Shown in pieces: positions 1-8,271 of a stretch of 50,466 nt of DNA (the first letter of the stretch is position 1; every line of letters starts with the position of its first letter). The notes below the pieces were generated by a model. The model did no database searches and was not told the origin of the DNA. It worked only from the letters and a program-made list of their open reading frames with translations. The DNA comes from a virus (taxonomy: Duplodnaviria; Caudoviricetes). Where the stretch lies: positions 1 through 50,466 of IMG/VR virus record IMGVR_UViG_3300024356_000616; one strand, given 5' to 3'. A program made the position numbers and the translations under genes.

Positions 1-981
1 TTATGAACCAATTTTGTACAGTAAACTCGGTAGATTTTTCTTCTGGTGAAGAAGGTGATCGTAGATCTTAAGAGTAGTAGTTGTGCTTTCATGCCCCAGC
101 TTTGCACTAACCACTCTGGGGTCAACTTGGTTCAGCAAAAAAGTTGCGCACGTGTGCCTAAGGTCATGGATCCTGTAACCACCGCACACCTTTTTCCACC
201 AGTCCCTGCGCAAATTGCTTGGGTGCAATCTGGAACCGTGCAAAGACTTGCACAGAGGCTCCCTAGGAAGGCCCTTAAAATCGTTTAATAGCCTGTTTAA
301 TGGTGCAGATAAGGGCAATACCCTATTTGAGCGAGAAGTCTTAACTGGAGTGATTTTAGGGCCTTTATTATTGGGTGCATAAGATTTGCATATTTTTATG
401 CTCTCTCCGTCCCAGTCTTCCCAGTTCAGTGCTAAGACCTCACCAAGTCTTGCACCTGTATCCAGTAGGATACACAGAAGTAAATAGTAATTTGGGTAAT
501 CCTTCTGCGTTCTATGTAGGAGTTCTTGCACCTGCTGTTCAGAAAGTGCAGTTCCCTTCTTGTGCTTATACGCAGTCCTTACATTTGGTGGAAATGGTAT
601 CTCTGCAAATTTACAAAGTACTTTTAACCTCTTTAATGCCCTACTGCTCTTCGCAGCAGTGTATCTACATTGTATATCCTCGATAATGCGCATGATGTTA
701 TCACGGCTTGTTTCTAGGCTTTTCATGCACATTCGCAGTGATGCAATTTCCTGCTGATACCGCACTAATGTTCTTTCCCGCACCTTTAATGTTCCTAGAT
801 ACTGCGTAAGGATAGTACTAAAATCTGATACTACTGGTGCACTAATTACAGAAGGCCGGGCTGTTGGCTTGAATGCCACAGCCTCGGCCTTGGATTTAAA
901 ATACTTGACTAAGGTTTTACCTGATTGCTTCCATGAACATGCCCAACAAAACCTGCTTTTTTGAAAATACACACTTGGCAT
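1..981 (-). CDS. int: Tyrosine integrase
   Basis: Catalytic motifs GARLGE, K(TSRSNR), HDLRH, LGH, IYDH; start moved to ATG 981, which follows an AAGGAGG RBS. Confidence 0.95.
   Translation of the reverse strand: MPSVYFQKSRFCWACSWKQSGKTLVKYFKSKAEAVAFKPTARPSVISAPVVSDFSTILTQYLGTLKVRERTLVRYQQEIASLRMCMKSLETSRDNIMRIIEDIQCRYTAAKSSRALKRLKVLCKFAEIPFPPNVRTAYKHKKGTALSEQQVQELLHRTQKDYPNYYLLLCILLDTGARLGEVLALNWEDWDGESIKICKSYAPNNKGPKITPVKTSRSNRVLPLSAPLNRLLNDFKGLPREPLCKSLHGSRLHPSNLRRDWWKKVCGGYRIHDLRHTCATFLLNQVDPRVVSAKLGHESTTTTLKIYDHLLHQKKNLPSLLYKIGS
15..26 (+). repeat. Putative integrase arm-type site (TGTACAGTAAAC)
   Basis: Identical to 48028-48039 at the other prophage end. Confidence 0.7.
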
Positions 982-1010
982 GATGCACCTCCTTGCGGGG
1001 GCGCACATAG

Positions 1011-1439
1011 TCAAAGGTCGATTCTCATGCAAGTCCCATTCTGGTAAAATCCAAACTTCTCGTAAAAGCTTGTTAGTGCAGAATCGCAGTCTAGGATTAC
1101 CTTGAAACATCCTCTAATTTGAGCAATTGTAAGGCAGTACCGCACAAGCTCTTTTGCTATACCCTTACCCCGAAACTCTGGCAAAACTGCAACATCGTCT
1201 ATGATTGCGTAAGGGTAACGAAATTGCAATTTATCCAGTATATACAGGGTTGCAGTACCTACTGGCACTCCATCCTCCAACCAGACAAAAGTGGGAGAGC
1301 AACCACCATAGTTTCTCTCCCGCAATATGTTTTCCCGCTCTTTGCAATTAGTGTAAACAGGTCCTAATTGCTCCAAGAGCTTGTCGTAAGATTCAAGATC
1401 ACATTGGTCCAGCCGTCTGATTTTTGCAAGATTGAACAA
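1011..1439 (-). CDS. GNAT acetyltransferase, glucosamine-6-phosphate N-acetyltransferase (GNA1)-like
   Basis: DDVAV..EFRGKGIAK acetyl-CoA motif followed by GCFKVILDC..FYEKFGF; start uncertain. Confidence 0.85.
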   Translation of the reverse strand: MFNLAKIRRLDQCDLESYDKLLEQLGPVYTNCKERENILRERNYGGCSPTFVWLEDGVPVGTATLYILDKLQFRYPYAIIDDVAVLPEFRGKGIAKELVRYCLTIAQIRGCFKVILDCDSALTSFYEKFGFYQNGTCMRIDL

Positions 1440-2010
1440 ATTCTGCCTCCCTTACAATCAACTCCTTGATGTACCCTGTGTTAGGAAGCATTTCCACCAA
1501 GCAAATCCTTTCATGAGGTTTGAACTTTGGAGCATCTGAATAGGACACGTAGTGCGCTATCTTTGCACCTGTCACACCCAGTTGGTGTTGCAGTTGAGGA
1601 TAGTAGTACTTTGGAACCCATCCACGGAGAGCTTCACTGTGTGCTCTATCATTGGGACATTTGATTTCCAGAATTACATTTCCGCACTCGGATAGTCCAT
1701 CCAGTGATGCACGGAACCATGGGAACTGGATGTGCTCAACGCACACTGGGGTCATTTGCAATCCGGTTAGCTCTTCGTACATTTGGCGCACAATTGGCTC
1801 AAGTCTTTTACCTCTCGCCATGCGCTCATTTTCGTACTCCTCCTGAGCTTCACCAACTTTCTTTTGGCGCAGTTCGGAAGGTTTGCACCATGGATTGCAA
1901 CCCATGATTACTGCACTGTCAGAACCACCAACCCCCTGCCTTCTCCATTCCAGCCACTCTGATCCGCTTTGGTCCATAGTCACCAATTTGTATTGGCTCA
2001 TTCTTTGCAT
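1399..2010 (-). CDS. YqaJ/lambda-type exonuclease
   Basis: WLEWRRQGVGGSD, ASLDG, LEIKCP and YYPQLQHQL motifs. Confidence 0.93.
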   Translation of the reverse strand: MQRMSQYKLVTMDQSGSEWLEWRRQGVGGSDSAVIMGCNPWCKPSELRQKKVGEAQEEYENERMARGKRLEPIVRQMYEELTGLQMTPVCVEHIQFPWFRASLDGLSECGNVILEIKCPNDRAHSEALRGWVPKYYYPQLQHQLGVTGAKIAHYVSYSDAPKFKPHERICLVEMLPNTGYIKELIVREAEFVQSCKNQTAGPM

Positions 2011-2191
2011 CCTCTGGGTGGTGCAATGGAAGTCCCAACTCCACCCTTATTTGCATTACCCTGATTTTCTCAGGGGATCCGGGTGGAAATTGTGTGGGTA
2101 GGCTAGGGTCTATTTTATCACCCCAGTCATAGATCTGCCTAGTAGAAATACCGGGGGAATCTTTAGATTCCCCCTGTAATTTACGCAACAT
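1919..2191 (-). CDS. Hypothetical protein with PTxxxPGSPEKI..LPLHHPED motif
   Basis: Start overlaps the holin stop; motif recalled from Planctomycete conserved hypotheticals (unverified). Confidence 0.6.
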   Translation of the reverse strand: MLRKLQGESKDSPGISTRQIYDWGDKIDPSLPTQFPPGSPEKIRVMQIRVELGLPLHHPEDAKNEPIQIGDYGPKRIRVAGMEKAGGWWF

Positions 2192-2342
2192 TTTTTAGTG
2201 CATTCCTAATGCCAACAGCAGCAAGTGCACCCAGAAAGCTTTGCACTGCCTGCTCAACCTGTCCTTGGGAAAACTGATAAAGTGCAAGTCCAAACAGCCC
2301 AGCAGCAGCAAGATAAGTTTTATACCCATTGAGTAAATTCAT
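2181..2342 (-). CDS. Putative holin (53 aa, not in ORF track)
   Basis: Translated by hand: MNLLNGYKTYLAAAGLFGLALYQFSQGQVEQAVQSFLGALAAVGIRNALKNVA; GYKTY start, two hydrophobic helices, basic tail. Confidence 0.7.
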   Translation of the reverse strand: MNLLNGYKTYLAAAGLFGLALYQFSQGQVEQAVQSFLGALAAVGIRNALKNVA

Positions 2343-2344
2343 GG

Positions 2345-2533
2345 TTATCCCCCTATTAGTTTTTTAAGTTCTTCGTCCACATTTACTTCCTTGCTCTGTT
2401 TGTCTCTTTCCTTGAGCCTCTGTCGCACAAGTGCAATCAGTGGATGATCTGCTGGCCTACTCTTTTCCGCAAAGAGGTAACCGCACACCGCACCCACCAA
2501 AGCGGTAACAAGTGTGGTGGTATCAAAATTCAT
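2345..2533 (-). CDS. Small membrane-anchored protein
   Basis: N-terminal TM (LVTALVGAVCGYLF) and charged tail; GGAGG RBS before MNFDTT. Confidence 0.7.
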   Translation of the reverse strand: MNFDTTTLVTALVGAVCGYLFAEKSRPADHPLIALVRQRLKERDKQSKEVNVDEELKKLIGG

Positions 2534-3122
2534 CTTTATCCCTCCTAAAAATAACCAGAAGTGCAAAACAAATCATAAAACCACCGAACAGCAACGATGT
2601 ACTCAGCAGAGTACGCCGTAGATCTGGATCACCGTCCCTTCTGTAGTTGGGGTCGGCCTTCCTTAGTGCACCAGCCAATCCAACTGCACCATCGGAATAG
2701 TCGTCCTGTCTGTGAACCACCTTCCCATTAGGTAACTGCACGTAGATGGTTGGAGTTCCTGCTGTGTGGAACCCAACACCTTGCACAGCCCAGTGGTCAG
2801 GTGCGTAATCCTGTACAACAATGTGATCTCTTAATATTTCAAACTCAGGGTTAATTTTGATATCGTTGAGCACAATTTTGCGTTGCTCTTCAGTACCAAT
2901 AATTGTTACCCGCAGATGTGTGGAATCGTCAGGCACTCCACTAACTTTCTGTGTTGCAGTTCCCTTGGAAACCTGCGCACCATTGAAGAAGTACCTTTCG
3001 CCACGTTCAATCTTGGAAAGATCCACACCGTAGTTGCTTATCCTTCGCATCTCTGCAATTGGATCCTCATCAGGAATTTGCTCCTGTCCGCAGAGTAATA
3101 AAAGAATGCTTAATAAATTCAT
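2523..3122 (-). CDS. Exported protein with C-terminal membrane anchor
   Basis: Signal-like MNLLSILLLLCG; C-terminal TM; coupled to neighbouring genes. Confidence 0.7.
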   Translation of the reverse strand: MNLLSILLLLCGQEQIPDEDPIAEMRRISNYGVDLSKIERGERYFFNGAQVSKGTATQKVSGVPDDSTHLRVTIIGTEEQRKIVLNDIKINPEFEILRDHIVVQDYAPDHWAVQGVGFHTAGTPTIYVQLPNGKVVHRQDDYSDGAVGLAGALRKADPNYRRDGDPDLRRTLLSTSLLFGGFMICFALLVIFRRDKDEF

Positions 3123-3124
3123 AA

Positions 3125-3937
3125 CTAACCCCCTATTGGTGGTGGAGGCGGAGGTGGTGCAATCCACACGACTGCCCATCCTGTACCACCATCAGTCCAC
3201 CTTGATTTAAAGTCCTCAGTGCTCATCCAAATGATTTCCCCCGGAGTTCCATTGTTGTCCCATATACCAGCAACACTGTCGTCTAAGTGGCACAGGCACA
3301 CCATGTGCGCAATGGTTCCGCTGTACCTGACCTTGTCACGTCCTGCATATGTCACAGCAGGAAACCTTCCCGTGCGTAGCGCAGTCTTCAACAAACTCAG
3401 GTCTGTGCCCTCGTATTGCACGTAGTCAAACCCTTGTCCTAATTTTTTGAAGTACTCCTGCAATTGTCGATCAACCTTGCTTGGGTAACCACCACCGGGT
3501 TGTTTTGCACACCAGTCTCGCAGTCCTCGCAGTGATTCAATATTTTGCCAGCGTGCTGCCATTTCAATGCTGCTCATCACGCACATACCTGCACCATCCA
3601 CATGGGATCCAATGTTTGAAATGTGCTGCGATAGTGGGAAATCAATTTGCACTGGTGAGTTGTTTGGTGCAATCTTACCACCCAGTGTTATTCCCTCAAC
3701 TGAGGGTTGGGCGGGATTACCCCATGGTCTTTTTGGTTTGGGTTTGTCAGGTGGTGCAGGTTTTGGGGTTGGGCATTTCCCATCCTTGCACGGATCGCAT
3801 TTGCAAGGGTCGCAATTGCAGTCTTTGCACTTAACCCTCACCTTGGAAAGTATGTCCAACGAAGGAAGTGTTGGAATCACTTCCTTCGTCACCATGAATA
3901 CACCAACTAGAAGAATAGGTATTGCAAGTTTTTTCAT
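3125..3937 (-). CDS. Signal-anchored papain-fold (C39-like) cysteine peptidase
   Basis: N-terminal hydrophobic helix, Cys-rich and Pro-rich linker, candidate triad GMCVMSS / AHMV / WDNN. Confidence 0.65.
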   Translation of the reverse strand: MKKLAIPILLVGVFMVTKEVIPTLPSLDILSKVRVKCKDCNCDPCKCDPCKDGKCPTPKPAPPDKPKPKRPWGNPAQPSVEGITLGGKIAPNNSPVQIDFPLSQHISNIGSHVDGAGMCVMSSIEMAARWQNIESLRGLRDWCAKQPGGGYPSKVDRQLQEYFKKLGQGFDYVQYEGTDLSLLKTALRTGRFPAVTYAGRDKVRYSGTIAHMVCLCHLDDSVAGIWDNNGTPGEIIWMSTEDFKSRWTDGGTGWAVVWIAPPPPPPPIGG

Positions 3938-4101
3938 CTGGTAACTCCTCTATTGGTCAAAATAAAAACAACAAAGAAGATTAAACCTGTCAATGCTGCA
4001 CCATCCCTGAATCCCTGCCAGTACAGGCGTTCAATAATCATGCGCACTGGAATAAGGATGTCATCCAGCAACTCAATCGGTGGCATTTCCTGTGGATTCA
4101 T
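3934..4101 (-). CDS. Small membrane protein (55 aa, not in ORF track)
   Basis: MNPQEMPPIELL...GAALTGLIFFVVFILTNRGVTR; GGAG RBS; ATGA overlap with the peptidase gene. Confidence 0.65.
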   Translation of the reverse strand: MNPQEMPPIELLDDILIPVRMIIERLYWQGFRDGAALTGLIFFVVFILTNRGVTR

Positions 4102-4459
4102 ATGCACTCCATTTACCTATGGGACACTTCTCAGTGACCCAGCTAGTTTTAGTCTTTATAAAACAGCCACATACACCGCACCTGTTTTGCTCTTTTAGGA
4201 ACTCACACTCTACGCATGTGCGCATTCTCTGCTGTTGCACTTCTAGTGGAACCCTCTTGCACCCTGCAAATGCCCACTTTGCTGCACTGGTGATCAGGCT
4301 TTTAGCCTGCTCACCTGCTGGTGGCAGTTCCACCTTGGTGTCTTCATCCCAAGCTTTGCGAACTCTGTCGTTGTGGTGGTAATACCAACACAGTTGGCAC
4401 TGTGTGGAGTCCCAAGTGCTGTTGGGTATCACATTGTCACAGGCACAGGGCCTAGGCAT
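4073..4459 (-). CDS. Cys-rich (DUF6171-like) protein
   Basis: R..C..C....RCGVCGCFI..K......CPIGKW pattern. Confidence 0.7.
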   Translation of the reverse strand: MPRPCACDNVIPNSTWDSTQCQLCWYYHHNDRVRKAWDEDTKVELPPAGEQAKSLITSAAKWAFAGCKRVPLEVQQQRMRTCVECEFLKEQNRCGVCGCFIKTKTSWVTEKCPIGKWSAYESTGNATD

Positions 4460-7400
4460 TGCAAACCTCAGTCATTTGCAGGTTTTCTACAGGTGTTTCC
4501 GTAACAGTGAATGCAGTTGTTGGGAAAGACGAACTTGTATACACAAGAGGTAGTGTGGAGTAGTTTGCAAGAAATGAATTTAGGTCAGAGAATGCAGTAA
4601 TGTCTGTGGTGGATACCCTACCATTTTCAAACTCAGTACCGCACATAATAGAGTACAAATCGTTTTTCCCGTAGTGCCCTACAAACATTCCATTGCCATC
4701 ATCGTCCCCAGTCGTAGATTCAAGGTCGCCCATAATTAATGGGTAATCAAAGACACCATCCCTTGCCATAAATGCACTTTTAATAGTTGGATTAATTTGC
4801 AAAGAGTTCCAAAAATAACCCGTGGTAAAATTAATCTTGTTGTTGCCGTTTAATTGTGGATCTGCAACAACGGAATACTGACTAAATCCACTTTTATTAA
4901 CTGTCGGATGATAACCTTTGAAAAAGTCATAATGTGTGGGGGATGTTGGATGCAACTGGAATCTATAATTCCAGTCTAATGATGGATCTGCTGCAATATC
5001 GTGCTGCATTAAAGATCTTACAGAAGTTTCCCCAACGTATTCTGTAAGGTTTGTGGGTTTTAATTTCTTAACAAGAATTTCCTCTCTTAGTCGCCACGCA
5101 CCATTTGTAGATGCACCATAATAAGCAATATTCGCATAGTTTTTTGAGCTTGAGAAAAACACATACAGTGCTCCATTAAATAAAGTAATTTTAGGTTCAT
5201 ATAAACTTCCACCGTTTATGAATTCCACGAGTGGGTTGTATGCATAACCTCCCGGCATATGAATTGCTTTAAAAAAGAAAGCATCTGTTGTAAAATTATT
5301 AACGTATCCGTTTGGTTCTGCAATTACAGGAGGAGAACTAATTTTTCTTGAAAACTGCAAAGCAAGGTTTTTTGAATACTTTTTTACAACTCCTACAAAA
5401 TGTCTCTGGGTTTGTCCCCCTACTATAACCACATCGCCTGATGACAGCATTCCAACAACAAACCTTGCAGGTACTTTGAATCCCCTATGAAGGTTATTTA
5501 CAGCAATTTCCCCAAAATTTGGGTCTGATGCATGGTCGTACCCAACTGCATATACTGAATCCCCACTGACGTAAATATCACTAATATGGCAATTTGTATT
5601 ATTCCTCGGACCCTTTACCTCAATGTAAGACATAACTCCTGTTTGCAAATTAATCTTTGCAATAATGCTCCTGCAATTCTCTATTGCTTGCCAGCTATCT
5701 GGGTAACCCGCAGATGTTGTAAGCTTACCATTACTTTCCGATAAAAGTGCGTAAAGGTTAGGGTAGTCTGGAACAACTTTTAGTACATCAACCCTTTCTG
5801 TAAAACCTGCGGAAGACCAATCAAACTTGTAAAACTTCTTTGCAGCGTTCTCCACAGAAGGCCAGAATTTTTGCCATTCCCCATTATTGGAAAACCAACC
5901 AGCAGTAGCCCTTGTCCACTCAGCACTGTCTGATAAACCATCATGCCTTGTAACAGGTTTTGCAAAATAGATGTCGTTTGCCTTTTCCCAAGTTGAACTG
6001 TTTTCAAAGTAAAGGTTTGCGCCAACAAGAGTGTTTACAGGAGTTGTGTTGTTTGAGTAAGGTGCTTGGTAGCTGGATATGGTGGGATAGTTGATGTTTC
6101 GCAAATCAACTTGAAGTTGTATTGCATTATCTTTTGTTACCGTCCCGTATGCGCTAGTTAGTGTAAATTTAACCAATCCTCCAGTGGTTAAATTATTCAT
6201 AAATGGTACGGTAAATGAAACACGTGATGCATCTATTACCGTAAAAGTAGCCTCATACTTTACATTTGGATTGTTTGTGTAGAAAAATTCAATTTTTTGA
6301 GTAGTGTCTAAACCACCTCCCCAAATGACATATTGTCTTTCACTATCTAAATATGGAACAGAGTTATTCTCGGTTCCGTTTGCGTCCTTGTAAATACCTA
6401 CCCCATAAAGAGTGGGAGAATAATTCCTTGTAAAGTTTGAAGTAGATGTCGCAGTACCACCATTGGTGGTTACGGAAATAGGACCTGTGACTGCGCCAGA
6501 AGGCACAAATGCACGAATTGTGGTTGGCGTAACATCTGTAAAAGTAGCGGTCCAATTTCCAAAAGATACTCTACCTACAACCGGGGTTTGATTGTCCACA
6601 GCACTAACAAAATTAGTACCTGTAATAATAACTTCTGCTCCACTAAGTCCGCTAGTGGGTGTAAAACTGGATACGGTTGGAGCAGGCTGTAAAGTAAAAT
6701 TACCAACTGATGTTACTGTCCCAGCGGGAGAGGTTAATTCTATTTTACCACTGGTTGTTTGTTCATTAATAGATATAAAAATAGTATTGTTACTGGTAGT
6801 ACTTTTAGAAAATTGGTGCCCAACGCCATTAATTTTTACAGAGGTTGTGTCAAGTACGTTTTGCCCGAAAATTGTAATATATGAATTACTAGAACCTGTC
6901 CAAAGCTGGGGCGTTTCTGAAATTATAATTGGTTTGTAAAATAGATTTGAAGAGCTTATGTTATTTGGGTTACTGTATTGTTGCCCATATTCTAATGTAC
7001 GGTGATTATATTTTAAAATTGCTCTAAATGTCTTAACATCTTGAGGATTAGTAAATATAAATGTTTTCTTGTTTGGGCTATCGGGAGAAAACCCGGCAAT
7101 TCCAGCACTACGGAGTATTTCATATCCTTCAGCACCAATTGACCAAATTTGATAGTGACCATTAATATCTCTATTTGAGGATATTGTAATAGTTTCACCA
7201 CCACTGGCAGAACCTGTGGTTGGCGAAATAGTTATTGTGGGTTTATATACTGGAATTATTGTGAATAAAGTTCTCTGCTCAGAATAAAGAGTTCTTAGGG
7301 GATAATACAGGCTTACTCCATAAGATCCCGCATTAATCCAACCGGTTCCAGTATCCCCTACAGTAAATGGATTAATTATATTTGCTTCATTATAATAGCT

Positions 7401-8015
7401 AACACCTACTTTAGCGAAGTCGTAACCAACTAACCCAGCATTATTGTATTTAGTACCATTATTTGCATAATAACCTTTTGAAAATTTAAAAATACTTAAA
7501 TTTATGCCTTTTAGAATTATTACATCGCTTAACCAACTTTCTTTATGTTGTATAGATTGAATGCCCGTAGTATCATTAATGCTGGTAATAATACCTGAGT
7601 TTTCTGGAAGTAAAACCAATGCGGTCTTTCCATTGAGGTACTTTTGCAAAACTCTATAGGTATCTGTACGTGTTACATTATTTGAGTTTAATAAAAATGT
7701 TCTTGTTATGGTTACATATTTAAAAAGGTCCCCCTGTGACCAACCAAGTGGTGACAGGACATCTCCTGTATTATTAACAGGTGTAATATTTATAGGGTGG
7801 TCTGAAAGGAATGGTACTCCAATTCCAACCCCATAATTCCCATAATTATTATTGAACCTATTAAAATGTACCCACCCACTATTTGATGGATCTCCAAGAC
7901 CAACAGAAAACGTGCCAGTAGCATTAATTACATTTTCAGATGCATCTTTAAATTGAACATTCAGTGTTGTAATAAAACCTGATGTTGAATTAAATTCAGG
8001 CCATTCATAAGCCAT
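4452..8015 (-). CDS. Large tail/receptor-binding protein with IPT/TIG Ig-like domains
   Basis: PTVSSFTPTSG..G.EVIITGTNF repeats; position after the fibre genes. Confidence 0.75.
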   Translation of the reverse strand: MAYEWPEFNSTSGFITTLNVQFKDASENVINATGTFSVGLGDPSNSGWVHFNRFNNNYGNYGVGIGVPFLSDHPINITPVNNTGDVLSPLGWSQGDLFKYVTITRTFLLNSNNVTRTDTYRVLQKYLNGKTALVLLPENSGIITSINDTTGIQSIQHKESWLSDVIILKGINLSIFKFSKGYYANNGTKYNNAGLVGYDFAKVGVSYYNEANIINPFTVGDTGTGWINAGSYGVSLYYPLRTLYSEQRTLFTIIPVYKPTITISPTTGSASGGETITISSNRDINGHYQIWSIGAEGYEILRSAGIAGFSPDSPNKKTFIFTNPQDVKTFRAILKYNHRTLEYGQQYSNPNNISSSNLFYKPIIISETPQLWTGSSNSYITIFGQNVLDTTSVKINGVGHQFSKSTTSNNTIFISINEQTTSGKIELTSPAGTVTSVGNFTLQPAPTVSSFTPTSGLSGAEVIITGTNFVSAVDNQTPVVGRVSFGNWTATFTDVTPTTIRAFVPSGAVTGPISVTTNGGTATSTSNFTRNYSPTLYGVGIYKDANGTENNSVPYLDSERQYVIWGGGLDTTQKIEFFYTNNPNVKYEATFTVIDASRVSFTVPFMNNLTTGGLVKFTLTSAYGTVTKDNAIQLQVDLRNINYPTISSYQAPYSNNTTPVNTLVGANLYFENSSTWEKANDIYFAKPVTRHDGLSDSAEWTRATAGWFSNNGEWQKFWPSVENAAKKFYKFDWSSAGFTERVDVLKVVPDYPNLYALLSESNGKLTTSAGYPDSWQAIENCRSIIAKINLQTGVMSYIEVKGPRNNTNCHISDIYVSGDSVYAVGYDHASDPNFGEIAVNNLHRGFKVPARFVVGMLSSGDVVIVGGQTQRHFVGVVKKYSKNLALQFSRKISSPPVIAEPNGYVNNFTTDAFFFKAIHMPGGYAYNPLVEFINGGSLYEPKITLFNGALYVFFSSSKNYANIAYYGASTNGAWRLREEILVKKLKPTNLTEYVGETSVRSLMQHDIAADPSLDWNYRFQLHPTSPTHYDFFKGYHPTVNKSGFSQYSVVADPQLNGNNKINFTTGYFWNSLQINPTIKSAFMARDGVFDYPLIMGDLESTTGDDDGNGMFVGHYGKNDLYSIMCGTEFENGRVSTTDITAFSDLNSFLANYSTLPLVYTSSSFPTTAFTVTETPVENLQMTEVCNA

Positions 8016-8023
8016 AAATCACC

Positions 8024-8263
8024 TTAGTATTGGAAGTATAATCCGTTGGATGGTGCAGTTCCTGTTGGAGCAGTAGTGCCAAACGTGTAAGCATTTGCAC
8101 TGCCCGGTACTAGATATGCAAGTGAAGTCCACGTTGCACTGCCGTTCCCAATTTTCATTTTCCCAGTGTCAGTCTCGTAAGCCAATTCTCCTTCAGAGAG
8201 AGTTGGGTTTATTAGTGCCCAGTTTTCACTTGTGTCACGGCGTAATTGAATTGGAATTGCCAT
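8024..8263 (-). CDS. Stand-alone Mtd_N/hyaluronidase-N-like fibre domain protein
   Basis: IQLRRDT..NW...NPTL.EGE..YETDTGK.KIGNG...W..L.Y. Confidence 0.85.
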   Translation of the reverse strand: MAIPIQLRRDTSENWALINPTLSEGELAYETDTGKMKIGNGSATWTSLAYLVPGSANAYTFGTTAPTGTAPSNGLYFQY

Positions 8264-8271
8264 ACATACTC

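Noticed and set aside
1-981. Integrase as a protelomerase
   Set aside because: It has the standard HxLR/LGH/Y integrase motifs and size, and arm sites plus a tRNA att explain its role
982-1110. N-terminal extension of the integrase in the ORF track
   Set aside because: Overlaps the GNAT gene; a strong RBS precedes ATG 981
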